DNA from: Octopus sinensis
Lineage: Eukaryota
Direction of reading: 5' to 3'
Assembly: GCF_006345805.1 (NCBI RefSeq)
Contig: NC_043011.1
Span: 53,642,464 to 53,706,463 of the forward strand
DNA: 64,000 bases
The position numbers were made by a program, and so were the translations under genes. The number at the start of each line of letters is the position of its first letter. The first letter of the stretch is position 1. The notes beneath the pieces were generated by a model. It worked only from the letters and a program-made list of their open reading frames with translations, ran no database searches and was not told the DNA's origin. Of the stretch, positions 14,100 through 27,002 are shown piece by piece.

Positions 14100-14345
14100 T
14101 GTTCTACTTCAAGCAGCACGGGCACGTAAAATGCACCAATCCGACCATGGCCATTGCCAGCCTCGCGTGGCACGTAAAAAGCACCCACTACACTCACGGA
14201 GTGGTTGGCGTTAGGAAGGGCATCCAGCTGTAGAAACATTGCCAGATAAGACTGGAGCCTGGTGCAGCCTTCTGGCTTCCCAGATCCCCGGTCGAACCGT
14301 CCAACCCATGCTAGCATGGAGAACGGATGTTAAACGATGATGATG
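14100..14345 (+). mobile_element. Family C retroposon, young copy
   Basis: gtggcacgtaaaaagcacccactacactc...ggttggcgttaggaagggcatccagctgtag...cgttaaacgatgatgatg with CpGs retained. Confidence 0.9.
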
Positions 14346-15953
14346 TGTGTGTGTGTGCCTGCCTCTTTTTTTTCCTCATTGTGAAGCTGGTTTTTACAGA
14401 TATTATAACCAGTTCACCCCTTCAGCCAAAATTCTTAATCATTTTTGTTACCAGAAGCATTTTTCTGTGAAGGAATTTTTAGAATGATTATTGAGCATAA
14501 GATAGTGAATCTGTTCCAGTTATCCTTGTTTCTATGCTATTTAAGCTAAGCAATTCTGCAGTGCTTCTGAATATGTTAGACTTAAGGTGCAGTTGTTATA
14601 TTTTCTTAATGGTATGAACCACTGTATGTTGCCTAGTTGGTAAGTGACATGGAAAACATTTGATAATTTGCGTCTAAACAATATTGTTTAGTGAATAGAT
14701 TCCACTCAGCTTAACTGTATTTTCCCCTTGCATTTGTCAGGCAGTCTCAACAAAATAAACTGTTCTTGTTGACTGATTAACTATGGCACAAAATCTCACT
14801 ATTAATTAGCAATTAGTTTTGGTGCTAATTTTCGGTAAAAAGTTCTCAAATTTGAATTTTTTTTTTTTTTTAGACTATTGTATAATTTTTCTTTTATTCT
14901 CTTAACCTTTCACCAAATGTTTTTGGCTGTCAACAAAATTCTTATTAGAATACACCATTATTTCAACTTAAATCCTTCTTTTAGGAAGAAATAGCAAAAG
15001 CTTGTTTGAATGTGATATATTTTAATTATATCTCCTCTCCACGTATTCTCTCTCTCTCTCTCTTTCTCTTTCCACACCCTCTCCTCTGCCACATTTTCTC
15101 CCTCTTCCTTTCTAATGTTCCATATTTTGCCTTTATATTTGCTTTTTTTTTTGTTTATTCTTTTCTGGTTGTACTATTCTCTCGCATATTTTTTAATATT
15201 ATTCTCTACATTTTTGTTTCTTTTTTTTTTTTTCTTAAAAAAAAAAAACCAAACAAAAGCAATCCAAATAATAAAAATTTCATATACTTGGGTTTTGGCT
15301 ACAATTTTAGGCTTAATACAAAATTTAATTCTAAAGTAAATTCTACTGACTTGTTAGATATACAAGATGTTCAGTACTTCTGTGCTTTAAACACTGGTGT
15401 AGCAGTGCTCCAGCATGGTCACAACTATATGGTTTATTGAAAGAAGTGTAGTACTTCATTCAAAAACTTTTTATACTATTGTCATACTGAAAACTTGGCA
15501 CCACATGTCCTCTGGTGGTATATATTTCAATTTGAAGAAATATTCTGTTCATTATAAAATGGAAAATAATCACATTTTGCTTTAACTAAAAGTATTATCA
15601 TTACATTCATTTCTCAAATATATGATTTTTAAATTGGTGGCTACCAGTAGACTGGAACTGTTTTGAAATATTACTTAATGTGATGTGTTTTTTTTTATGT
15701 ACATAGTCTTGTCTTTGCCTTTCTCTCTTTATTTTTAATCAGGTTTATATTTTATTTGTATCTCTTAAAGCTTTTAATCATAAATTATGCAACCTGCTAC
15801 CTAGCTCTACAAATGTCACTAAGGATGTTTTTTTATGTTTCAAATGAAATTTATATGAATGCTAATATAATAAATACCTTCCTTCTCTTTTTCATCCGAT
15901 TCAATTGTATGATTTTGTCTTTTTTTTCTTTCTTTCTCCTGATAATTTACTAG

Positions 15954-16174
15954 ATTCACGAAGGGATCCTAGCCAGTGGTCAGCTATGCAGCAGCGCTAT
16001 GGGTCTCAACACAGTGGATCCAACTATCCTGGCTCCAGTATGAATGCCATGCCTCCTGGTTCTGGAATGCTTCCTCCAATGGTTCCCCCCAGCCCGAGCA
16101 GCACAGGTAGGACTATGAACCCCAGGCTGTCTCCACAAAGGGATAAACCATATATGTCACCTCCTAGGGTACAG
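15954..16174 (+). CDS. ARID1: ARID1 ortholog, internal exon, Pro/Ser/Met-rich
   Basis: Acceptor tttactag|AT; donor GTACAG|gtgagt. Encodes SRRDPSQWSAMQQRY...LSPQRDKPYMSPPRVQ, comparable to human ARID1A RTSPSKSPFL...MKMQ. Phase 1 start, phase 0 end. Confidence 0.85.
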
Positions 16175-19100
16175 GTGAGTGCAGTGTGGCCATTAGAGCG
16201 ATGATCCACAGGAAAGAATAACTTGTTTTGTTTTGGAAGTTTTAGCATGTGTGGCTGGTGGTGATGGCGGTGAAGGTCAACTGGCATGAATCACTTATTA
16301 ACCAATACCCAATTTTCACTAGTCATTTGTGCATTTGAAACCTCTTTTGCAATGGAATCTGGCATCTGTCCCTCTACTGTTAGCTTATGCTCAAATGGTG
16401 GCACATTCCTTGCTCATAACATCTATCAATTTATCCTCATAGTTCCAATATTTCTGCTGCTTCATAAACTGACTCTAGCTCTTAGTTTATTTTAGTCATC
16501 ATTGACAACAATCAGAATGAGTTTTTCACTTTAACCAACTTGGCTTAAAAACCAATATTTATTATTCACAATATTCCTCAACATGGCATTCTTTATTATT
16601 TTTTTTTTCCTTTCTATAAATTGTTATGAACATGAAATAGTAGGTAGATTTAATGCTTCATACTGGATTCCTTTTTCAAATTTTTTTTTTTCCACCTTAA
16701 AAAATTAAGCCTGTTTTTCATTTAGTTTTTCCTCCTATTTGCACCATTCAAAAGCCTCATTTCTGAAATCTGTGGGGTGTTGCATGCAAGCATGTCTTGT
16801 GCATGGATGATATTAATGGTTTTAGACTGGATTTAGTTGTTAGTGTTAGGTGCTAGAAAGTGAGTGTGCGCGCAAGTTGAGGTGTGCTGGTTTTAAACCT
16901 TTTTCGGATAGGTACTTTCTAGAGTTAAAGCTCATGGCAGCACATTTTTACCTTTGGATTTGCAGGCTTGACAATTTATTTTTGGCTTGCGTGGACTCAG
17001 TGAGGTCAAATGCAGCGGGGTGGTGGTGGTGAGTGAGTGAGTATGTCTGTGTGTACCTTGATTTTCAAACTTGGATCCTGGATGTTCCTGGCTCGTCTGC
17101 CGGACTTTTATCCAATCCTTATGTTGAAAAACTGCATGAATGTTTAGTGTACCCACAAAATAATATCAAATGAATGACAGATACAATTAGAACTGGGCTG
17201 TACCGTACTTTTGGTGGACAGAATGCTAGTTGCCCTGTCTTTAGCTGACATTACTGTTTGAATTCACTGTTATAGTTGTTGATGATGATACTACTACTAC
17301 TAATTAGTCTCATATGGCTTGATATTTCATTTCCTTTAAGGAATAAATTTGTAGAATGAAAATTTAGCTGACATAGTTTCATCTTCATTTGACTGGACAT
17401 GCTCTCAGTTATCTCTATGGACTGTATGAAGTTTGCTTTTAATCTCTGCTTTCTCTGCTACTCATTTGCAGTGGCTTCTTATATTTTCATCTGCATGCAC
17501 TGTCTTCTGTAAACTACCTCACACATCTCACCAGGTCTGCTTTTGCAGTGTGTCCTTGATCACTTGCTCACTCACCTATCCAGCAAATTATTTCACTAGC
17601 TTATTACACTTTCATTATCTTAAAAGCATAGCTATACTGTTTGTTTTCTTGGAATGTGGTGAATATTTTCACATGTTATATACCCATTCACAGCTATTTC
17701 TCTTCCTTTAAAGCCTGCTAGATCCTGGCTGTGCTATTGGCATTTTTCATCACCTTTAAATCCTCTTTTACTTATGAAACAACACATTTTTCAATTTAAA
17801 ATAATTAAAACTGAATATTAACCAATGAACACAAAGCATAACAAAATTGTGTTAAAGCGTTTGCTAAGATTTCCAAAAAAAGAAAATGAAAAAAAAAAAA
17901 AAGGCTAAACAAATATTTGTTTGAATTTTATCCCTTTCCTTTTGATACAGAGTAATTTTCAAAGTAAATTTTTACATTTTCCTTTATCTTGAATTGAGAA
18001 ATCTGTTTAAAGATGAAAAAGTCAGTTGTAGTTTTTGGATGATTTACTATGAAAATGTAAAAGCAAAATATTTGCACTTATCTTTGGTGCTATTTTGATG
18101 AAGTACCCGTTCTTCTATAGCTACCAAGACCTTCATTGACCCTGTTATATATTTTAGTGATGATCAGTTTCTGTAAATATATATATAAAAAAACCTAATT
18201 TTTAATTGATTTGTAAAATGTTCATTAGGCCATTTAAGTAGTGAATTACTATTATTTAGATGTTAATTATTGTAATATCTTTATAATCTTGTAAGCAATT
18301 ATTAATATAATACAACTAATGATTTTAATATTGAAAAATAATCTTTCTAATTACAATGAGGAGATTAATCAGATTTGTTCTAATTGACTTTCTCTTTGTT
18401 AATGGTAAAATCTAAAAAATCTTGTCTCAATTATCATTAATTCATTTCAAATTAGCTACTTTCTTCGTTATTGCCTACAGAATTCTGATTACCATCCTAT
18501 TAATTTCAGTTGACTAAAGCATATTGTTAGTCTAGATCCAAGAAAAGAAATGAGGGGGAATTGGACTGACAGAGGAAATATGTTAACCTTTGTTTTAATC
18601 TGTTTGTTCACCTCCTCCTCCTCCTCTCCTTGGGCACTTCATTTAAGTCAATTAGAGCAAATATATTTTGTCAGTTCATGAAATAGCTATGACTATGCCA
18701 TAAAAGTTAACACTAATCATCTTTATAAGAGCTGTTCTCACTAAAGATCAATTAACTAGTTATTGCAAGCAGCCTAGATATATTTCTAATTCCGAGCATA
18801 TCTGTATACTTTTGCTTTTCATCCTACTCTTGCAGCTGTTCTATCTTTATCTATCAATAAAATTTAAATTATACCAGCACTTCCCCCTTTTATAAATAAA
18901 TAAATAAATAAATTAAAAAAAAAAAAGAAGTTTTTACTCAGTTTCATATTTCACTTATACTCGTTAAAGAATCTGCAAGAGGTTTTATGAAAGCAAGGCT
19001 ATGCATAAGTCATTTTCTATTTCTTCTCTTTTCCTTTATGCAGCACAAGGATCTCTCTACTGTTCAACATCTTTGCTAGCTAGTCTATCTGAAATGCGTG

Positions 19101-19672
19101 CTTGTGAATGATGTGAGAGAGAAAGGGGAAAAAAAAAAAAAAAAAAATCTTATCAGGAGCAAATATTGCGCATGATATAAAAATTTCTTATTCTTTTTAT
19201 TTCTTTCTATTTTACTTTTTTTTTTTAACTTTTTTTTTTTTTTTTCTTTGAAGAATTCATTTTTGCTTGTTTATTTCAGGATTTGTGTGACTGCTTAACT
19301 GCTGTTTCTGGCATCAATGAAACACTTTATATAATTGTTATAAATTTAATGCAAAAAAAAAAAAGTAAAAACAAAACAAAACAAAAACATCAACACGTAC
19401 ATGTGCGCGTGTGTATAAATATGTTTGCTTAATATGTATACATCGTGAACTTGTGCCCTCTTTGTGACATGAACGTGACTTTAAAAAAAAAAAAAGATGC
19501 CTGCTTATTCTGTCTTCATTATTTCTTCTCTTCTTTCCAATGCTTCAATTCTAAGGATTCCTTTTCTTCCTTTTTTTAAGTAGATAATTGTTTTAATAAA
19601 TTTAATGAACTACTATTAATGTACACTGCTTTAGCACTTTGCCTATTGCAAGAATCAGTCCTCTCCGGTGGA

Positions 19673-19766
19673 TATATATATATATATGTATATGCATATA
19701 TGTATATACATATATGTGTGCTTATGTGTGTATGTGTATGTGTGTGTTTATTTGAATGTACTTGTA

Positions 19767-19797
<31 letters not shown>

Positions 19798-20055
19798 GTA
19801 TATACTTATATATACTTGTATTCATATGCATACATACACACATGTGTATGTGTGTGTATACATATATGTATATGTGTGTACATGCATATATATATATATA
19901 TGTATATACACACACGTTTGTATGGATGGATGTGTGTGTGTGTATATATTTGTATGTATAAATCTAGGGATATAGTTATACACAGACATAAATATTGATT
20001 TGTGTTTGTGTACACAATTTAGTGTATATATGCATGTATGTATATATATATATGA
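19673..20055. repeat. Compound (TA)/(TG)/(CA) microsatellite
   Basis: Directly visible; source of four spurious ORFs. Confidence 0.95.
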
Positions 20056-22251
20056 TGTAATTATATATTTTCCAATGTTACTCTCTGCTTAATTTTACCC
20101 CTTCCTCTTCTTTCATCTTCCCCCCTCCCCATGTTTTCAGCCACTTTGTCTTTAGTGAAGTCTATGAAATAGTTTGGTGTTTCTTATTTGAATTGAATTC
20201 AGGTCAGAGTCTTTAAAGGAAACTGTAATTTCTGCATGAATGCATGAAAGTATTATGATTGAAGTTGAGTGTTTTGTACATAAACTGAATTATTCTGTCG
20301 ACATTTTGACTAATTACCAATTTGTTGGTAAGATAATTTTTTTTTACTAAATATAACATTTACTGTTATACTTTCCCATTTTTCTCAGGATTATTTTATA
20401 ATTATTCTCTTCTGCTCTGATATCAATTTTTTTTTTACTTCAACATTGGAAATGCTTAGATGTGGTCATATTAAGCATGCCTCTCTCTACAATGCTTCAA
20501 TGCTATATGGCTGTTATTCTTACTCTAGCCTTGCTCTAAGTTGTTTTTAGTCTCTTGTTAACTAGAAATTATTATTTTCTTTCTCCTCCAAACTTATAAA
20601 ACTTCTAGTTACAATACCAAGTATCAGCACCTATTTTTAATTTGTGTTATTTTTCTAGTCCCGTCCAACCTTTCTTCATCTTTGCACGTTTTTTTATGTT
20701 TTGAGAGGATTAAATTTCCCCTTGTTCATTTATTCTTGACAATATTGTGGAAATGAAATCTAGCGTATAGGAATATATTCTGTTTTAATTTCAGTAATTT
20801 TCTTGCTTATACTCTGCAATAAAACTTACTAAAAGCTGGTTATTTATTTATTTATTCTGTCTTGGTGAAATGATCCTATTTCAATGATACTATGAAAAGG
20901 AAGTGTATTATAATTTTCTCAATTCCTAACTTAAATGTTCATTTTATCTGCAGGTGGTTGTCTCAGGAAGAAGCTGCAGATAATATTCTTCATGCTTACA
21001 CCTGTCTTATTTGTCTACCTTTTGTCATATTACCCATCCTCTGTCTCTCTCCCTCTTACATGTTTTAGAGTTTGTGTGTTTGTTCAGTGTTTCCCCCAAA
21101 AGAGTTATAAACATTCCATGTATTGTCATCTTAATAATTAATTATGATCTTGAGTAATTATCTTGTAGATATCTTCAAACTCTGTGTTTTTGAAACTGTT
21201 TGGAATTCTGCTTTGATTCTGAAACTTTAGCCATCTCCATGATTGTTTTAGGACAATTTGGCCAGCCCTCTTTTTTTTTTCCTTTTTGCCTTTCTCCCAA
21301 CTGCAAAATATTGAGTTGGCTTTGAGCCAGTCGTTAGTGTATCATATGAAGAGCATTGGATTTAAATGACAGTTGCCTAATCTGTAAATAACTGTAATAT
21401 CTTGGATGCATTCATTGCTACTTATATAACTTTACTTAGCCATTGAAAGAAACGTAATTGCTCTAGAATCCAATGCAATTGTCCAACACATAGATTGATT
21501 ATAATTTTCATACATTTAGGTTTACAATTTTGAAATATTTTTCATGTTGATATAATGAAACTTAAAGTTTTTTTGCTTTTTTTTTTTAATTGATGTTAAT
21601 TTTAGATCTTTTTGCTTTTAAAATCCTCACTTATGCAGAAAGATACAGTGGGTATAAAAGTAGTTTCTCAAACTTGAAAATATTGTGGTTTTCATTTATT
21701 TGTCCCATTGCGTCTCTGGTTATGCTCACCTCCACCCACCCGCTAATCTCCTTTTCTTGTTTTCCTCTTGTTCCTCTCTATTTTCAGCTGTATGTGTATG
21801 TGTGTATATTGTGTATATGTATGTGTACATGTGTGTAAGCCTCTAAGTATCTTGTTTTCTATATGTTCCTGTACTGTACATGTGTTATTGGATACTGTGT
21901 GTGTGTGAGAGTGAGAGAGTGTGTACGTACCTCTTTCCCTCTCTCTCTCTTTCTCTCCCCCCCATCAATACCTTTTCAACATAGTGCACAATTCTCTCCT
22001 TTCCACGGTGCTTCAGGTGACCACTTCAAACATATTTAACATCGATTTACAACTTGCAGCCATGCTTACGGATTAAATCTTACCTTGGAATTTTCTCACT
22101 GCCACTCTTCAACTTACGATTTAATGGGTATTTTTGATGATTTCTCTTACCACACTTGTTATGCTGGGTGAAAAAGAGTTGAAATATGTATTTCAAAGCA
22201 ACACCTCAACTGCTCTGCCATGTTTATTCCTTATTATTTTAAAAATTATTA

Positions 22252-22310
22252 CTATCATCATTATTATTATTATTATTATAATTATTATTATTATGATTAT
22301 TATTATTATT
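22252..22310. repeat. (ATT)n microsatellite
   Basis: Directly visible. Confidence 0.95.
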
Positions 22311-23315
22311 AACCAGCAATGTTGTATTCTGTTTTAATTTTTTCAATTTTTATTTTCGATAAAGAACTGTTTTATCATTCCACTGAGCTTCATTGGTCAA
22401 TGTGCTTTGAGCCTGTATTTAGTCAGATTAATCTGGTGTTGATGCCATAGTAACTACTTAATGCCACTGAATGGAAAAAAGTTTTCATAGCTGTATGTGT
22501 TCTTCTTCCTCTGCTTCCTTCAAACAGTTAGTTGTAGCAGGTCAACCAGTAAGCTGGATGTTAATGCCATTGGCCGCCTATTAATGCCAGCCTTGTCCTC
22601 CTTACAGGGACTGATGCATTGTCTGTAGCCTTCATGTGCAGCAACTGTTGATTATAACTTGGTGTTAGTTGACTGGGTGGGTCTGTAATTATTTTATGTC
22701 GTAAAACCAATTATTGTTAGCTTAGTTCTTGTGTAAGAAATTTGCTTATCCTTTTAGAATTTCTTGTTGTCAGGAATGCCCACTGCGCCACCTTTCCCTG
22801 TTTGGAAGGAGACTTCTGCTTAGTCACCCCCAATCTTCTATTTGTCTCTTATTATTCCTCCTTCAATGTACGCCCTGTTCTTATTGCGTATCTTGTTCAC
22901 TTTTTTGACTTTTTAAAATTTTATTTTTTATTGTTTCACTTCAAAAGTTTTATTGCTTTTTAAAAAAAAAAAAAAAAAAAATCCAATCTGAATATACATA
23001 CATATATTCTAAGACTAATTTATTCCATGAATAATTAATAAAAATCGGAGAGGGCTGATATCTTTTAATTTACTTTTTAATTTTCCTTTTTTTTTTCCTT
23101 TTTTTTTTATTGATAAATTTTGTAACAGTTGTTCTAACCTGAATAGATATTGGCATAGGCAAAATAGTCGTTGCTTTTGCAATAACACTCTTTAGAAAAG
23201 GGAAGAAAAAATGTGGTATCATCTGTCATCTTCAAACCATCATCATTTGTTTAAGCTTATTCAGCTGTTAATCTTCCTATAGCTATGATGGGTTGCTTTT
23301 CGTCTTTTTGTACAG

Positions 23316-23442
23316 AAGCCTGGGGGTATGGTACCAAATGCTCAACTCCCACCCAAGAAGGAAATATCATTCCCACCAGATAGCGTAGAAGCTGTTCAGC
23401 CCTTGCTGGCCAAGAGAAAGCGGCTAGCTAAACAAGACATAG
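23316..23442 (+). CDS. ARID1: ARID1 ortholog, penultimate coding exon (not in ORF track)
   Basis: Acceptor ctttttgtacag|AAG; donor ATAG|gtaaat. Encodes KPGGMVPNAQLPPKKEISFPPDSVEAVQPLLAKRKRLAKQDI(G), matching human ARID1A [30 protein letters not shown]. Confidence 0.93.
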
Positions 23443-24149
23443 GTAAATATACTTTATTTAATGGCAATACCTGCTGCTCTGCTGCTTGCTACTTGTGAGT
23501 GCTGCTGGTGCTTGCACAGTTTTCATTCTGGCTATTATTACTTGTTTTGTCAATCCATAACAGTTAGTCATTATTTAATAATAATAAATAATTGGTTAAT
23601 TTAAATTAACAACCCACTGATTTACCTACGTACCTACCTTCCCTCCCTTTATTCTTTAACACATTCTTACTAACTTGTATTTATTTTAAGAAACTAGTAT
23701 GTGTATATATGTGTGTGTGTGTATGTGTTTATTTACATACATACATACATAGATATATATCCATATATATATAATATATATATATGCACATTTGCACATC
23801 TTCAAGCAAAAATATTACATTTATGCTAATACATCTTGTGTTTGCTGTCCAGATTGTTAATTGTCTTTATAAGTCCTATACACGTTTTTGTTGTTTCTTT
23901 AACAAATATTTACTGTTGATGTTGAAAATATCAAATCATTTTTATTGTAAGTGGGTGTTTAAAAATGGCAAATTACTTTATTGTATGAGGGGGGGCATTG
24001 AAAGTAACCAGTCACTGTTGTAGGTGCATGCTTAAAATGTTCAGCTACCTTGTTGAAAACTGGATCTGTCAAAAAATGTTCACGTTCTATGTCGCAAGTG
24101 AATGTTCAAAATGTCCTGTTCCTTTATTAACGAGTGTTCACTGGCCAGC

Positions 24150-24502
24150 CCAACGAATTATCTCTTATCTTGTTTCAGTCTTTAGACTGCAGCCATGCTG
24201 GGGCACCACCTTGAAGAATTTTTTGCGAAATGAATTGACCCCATTACTTATTTTTTTTTAAAGCCTGGTACTTAATTCTATCGGTCTGTTTTTCCAAACT
24301 GCTAAGTTGTGGGGGATGAAGACAAAGGTGTGCACACACACACAAACAGGCTTCTTTTAGTTTCCATCTACAAATCCACCTACAAGGCTTTGGTCAGCCC
24401 ATGGCTATAGTAGAAGATGGTTGCACAAGGTACCATGCTGTGGGACTGAACCCAGAACCATGTGGTTGGAAAACGAGCTGCTCACCACACAGCCATACCT
24501 GC
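24150..24502 (-). mobile_element. SINE family A, antisense to ARID1
   Basis: Reverse complement of family A (ttgtttcagtc...ccacacagccatacctgc). Confidence 0.85.
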
Positions 24503-24719
24503 ATAAAGGTTGTGAGCCTCTATTATGTGGTCATGTAACTTTCACTTAGTTTTCACAAAGTCAGTTAAAGGAACTAGCCTGACATATTTGGACCGTTTGA
24601 TTTTGTAACACAATATTAGTGAATTCTTATTAGCTGCATGCAGTTAATTACCCAATTAGGTTAGTTAATTATTCCAATGTTCATTACCATAGTCTTAACT
24701 TAACTAACTTCATTTGGGC

Positions 24720-24957
24720 GTTAACCATTTTCATTTCACGTTTCTAATGAAATGCACTACCCTTTTTTGGTTTTCAATTAATTTTGAAAATAATGAATTC
24801 AGTGAAATTGCTTTGTCATAATTAAATTGCTGTTTGAAAAATAAATTTAACACGAAATTTTGAAAAAATGATATAATTTAGACTACTTTAAAAGGGGGGA
24901 AATTTCTGTTATTGAACCACAGGCAGTCTCGTGTGTATAGGTATCACACAGGTTAAG
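24720..24957 (+). mobile_element. piggyBac-type MITE family 2, degraded
   Basis: TTAAcc...ttcaattaattttgaaaataatgaa...caggTTAA, homologous to 48138 and 60277. Confidence 0.6.
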
Positions 24958-25404
24958 GGGAATGGGATACATGCAAATAAGTGCTATTTGAATTTTAAAT
25001 ATTTACTATAATTAGCCTTGTATATTGCTATATTTGGAAGATTTTATTAATTTATTTTCCTCTTAGTTCAGTGAAATAGTGAATATTGAATGCTAAGGCT
25101 TCTTAAAACTATTTTTCACATGTGGTAAAAAACAAAGAAATTTTAGTATATTGACCAACATGTGAAAGTGTGTATTGTACTGTCTGGTTCTTAAACTGCT
25201 TCTGTTAACCTAAACTTTAACACTTCTGTGTTGTCACTAACAACTGTTTCTCTCTTTGCCTAAGGTGTTCCCCGCCCCAATCTAACATAAAATTTCTTTT
25301 CTTTTTCTATTCTATCTTAAGCAGTTGATAAATTATTAAAGGCAAACTTATATGAACATTATTTTTGAAAATGCCTTTTGAATACATTTGTATTACTTCA
25401 CTAA

Positions 25405-25421
25405 AGTTATCATTATTGTTG

Positions 25422-25458
<37 letters not shown>

Positions 25459-25495
25459 CGTTATTATTATTATTATTATTATCGTTATTATTATA
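25405..25495. repeat. (TTA)n microsatellite
   Basis: Directly visible, immediately 5' of a family B SINE. Confidence 0.95.
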
Positions 25496-25706
25496 TGGCG
25501 GCAAGCTGGCAGAATTGTTAGAGCGTTGGAACAAAATGGTTTGTGGTATTTGTTCTGGCTGTTCTGAATTCCTATCTCCCGAGGTCAACTTTGCCTTTCA
25601 TCCTTTCTGGCTCGATAAAATAAAGTACCAGTCAAGTACTGGGGTTGACATAATCAACCTAAACCCACCCACTAAAATTTGCTGGCCTTGCACCAAAATT
25701 TGAAAT
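25496..25706 (+). mobile_element. tRNA-derived SINE family B (Deu/Nin-domain-like)
   Basis: ggcggcaagctggcagaa head and ctttgcctttcatcct...cgataaaataaagtaccag block resembling the Deu/Nin core; about 10 copies in the window. Confidence 0.8.
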
Positions 25707-27002
25707 CATTAATTATATTTATTTTCCTTCTTTACATTAACAGTGCAATGTTCTCCATATTAAAGATTGAAACCTTATTTCTTCTTTGGACAAGAATGTT
25801 TGCCTAAAATGAATATTATTCTCCCCCCATCTCATCTCGTTAATTTATTATTACACACACTTTTGCATTGAGGAATTTTATTTTTTTATTTAATTTTTTC
25901 CCCCCTTAATTTACCTCATATAGTAGAATGTATTTGGAAAGCAGGGTGGTGGGAACCAAAGCCATTGATTCATGCTACTTCACCTGCCTGGCTGTGAAAT
26001 ATTTGCTTTTATCTTTCCCCTATTTTATATTACCTGTATTTTTTTTTTTAAATATTGTTTGAGATGAAAGAAAAAGAAACCTGTTGTGAGTCTGTGATTT
26101 ATTTTTCTCTATAGTGGTAGTGTTAACCTACTCACCGTAACATTCTTTCTTATCGTCCAACTCTCATTTATAAGTCTACTTAATGTTTATTTTGAACTGT
26201 TTTAGATAAATATACTTAAAAGTATTTAGCATTATTCAAAGGAAGCTCTTCTCAAAATTGAGATTTAATATTTTCCCCTTTTTACTAAAATATCAACTTT
26301 ATTAATACACATTAATTTTATAATTAATTAATTAATTCTTGCATATTTTAGTAGATTTTAAATTTTGTGTTTGCTAGATATTTCTGTGTGTATGTAAATT
26401 TGGTGATAGTATTACAAATTCTTTTTGTTTTACCTTATCTAAACACTAATTATTTGTATCAAGTAATGAACATTTTCTGGTTTATTTTGTTATTGTAAAT
26501 ATATTTTACTAAACAGCTTAAAATTGACTCTTCATAAAGTTATTTCATTGAGCACTTGAGGCTTTATTTGAAACATTTAAATTCTGTCACTAATGTATTT
26601 GTTATGGTGTCCGAAGAACTGTTGTAATGAACAGAGGATATGTAAGTCTCATCTCATCAACTTATTTGTTATTTAAAGATGTCCTCTGCACTTACAGCTG
26701 TCATATTTTTACCAAAAATCTTCACTTGTATTGAAAACTTCTCAATAACAGGGTTGTTACATCACAAAGTAAAATCTAGGAATTCAATAATTTTGCACCT
26801 ATTACCTGAGCAGTATGGCAGTATAAATTAATTGTGTTCTTGTTACTTTTACTATAATATTTTCTCTTTAAATTGGATATCTGGGTGGGTCACCACTTTA
26901 TGGAAAGTGCTAACAATTAAATAATCTTAATTTATGTGATATTTTCTTAAAGCCTCATATCAGCTCCATTGAAAATTTACTGTTTCTCCTTTTTGATTTC
27001 AG

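Noticed and set aside
16850-17032. 60-aa ORF overlapping the candidate poison exon
   Set aside because: It has a non-ATG start and no recognisable homology, and its frame is incompatible with the phase-0 upstream ARID1 exon.
19619-20015. Four overlapping Cys/Val/Tyr/Ile-rich ORFs
   Set aside because: They are translations of a compound TA/TG microsatellite.
26969-27002. N-terminal extension MKIYCFSFLIS of the 735-aa ORF
   Set aside because: This is the intron's polypyrimidine tract; homology begins after the AG at 27001-27002.
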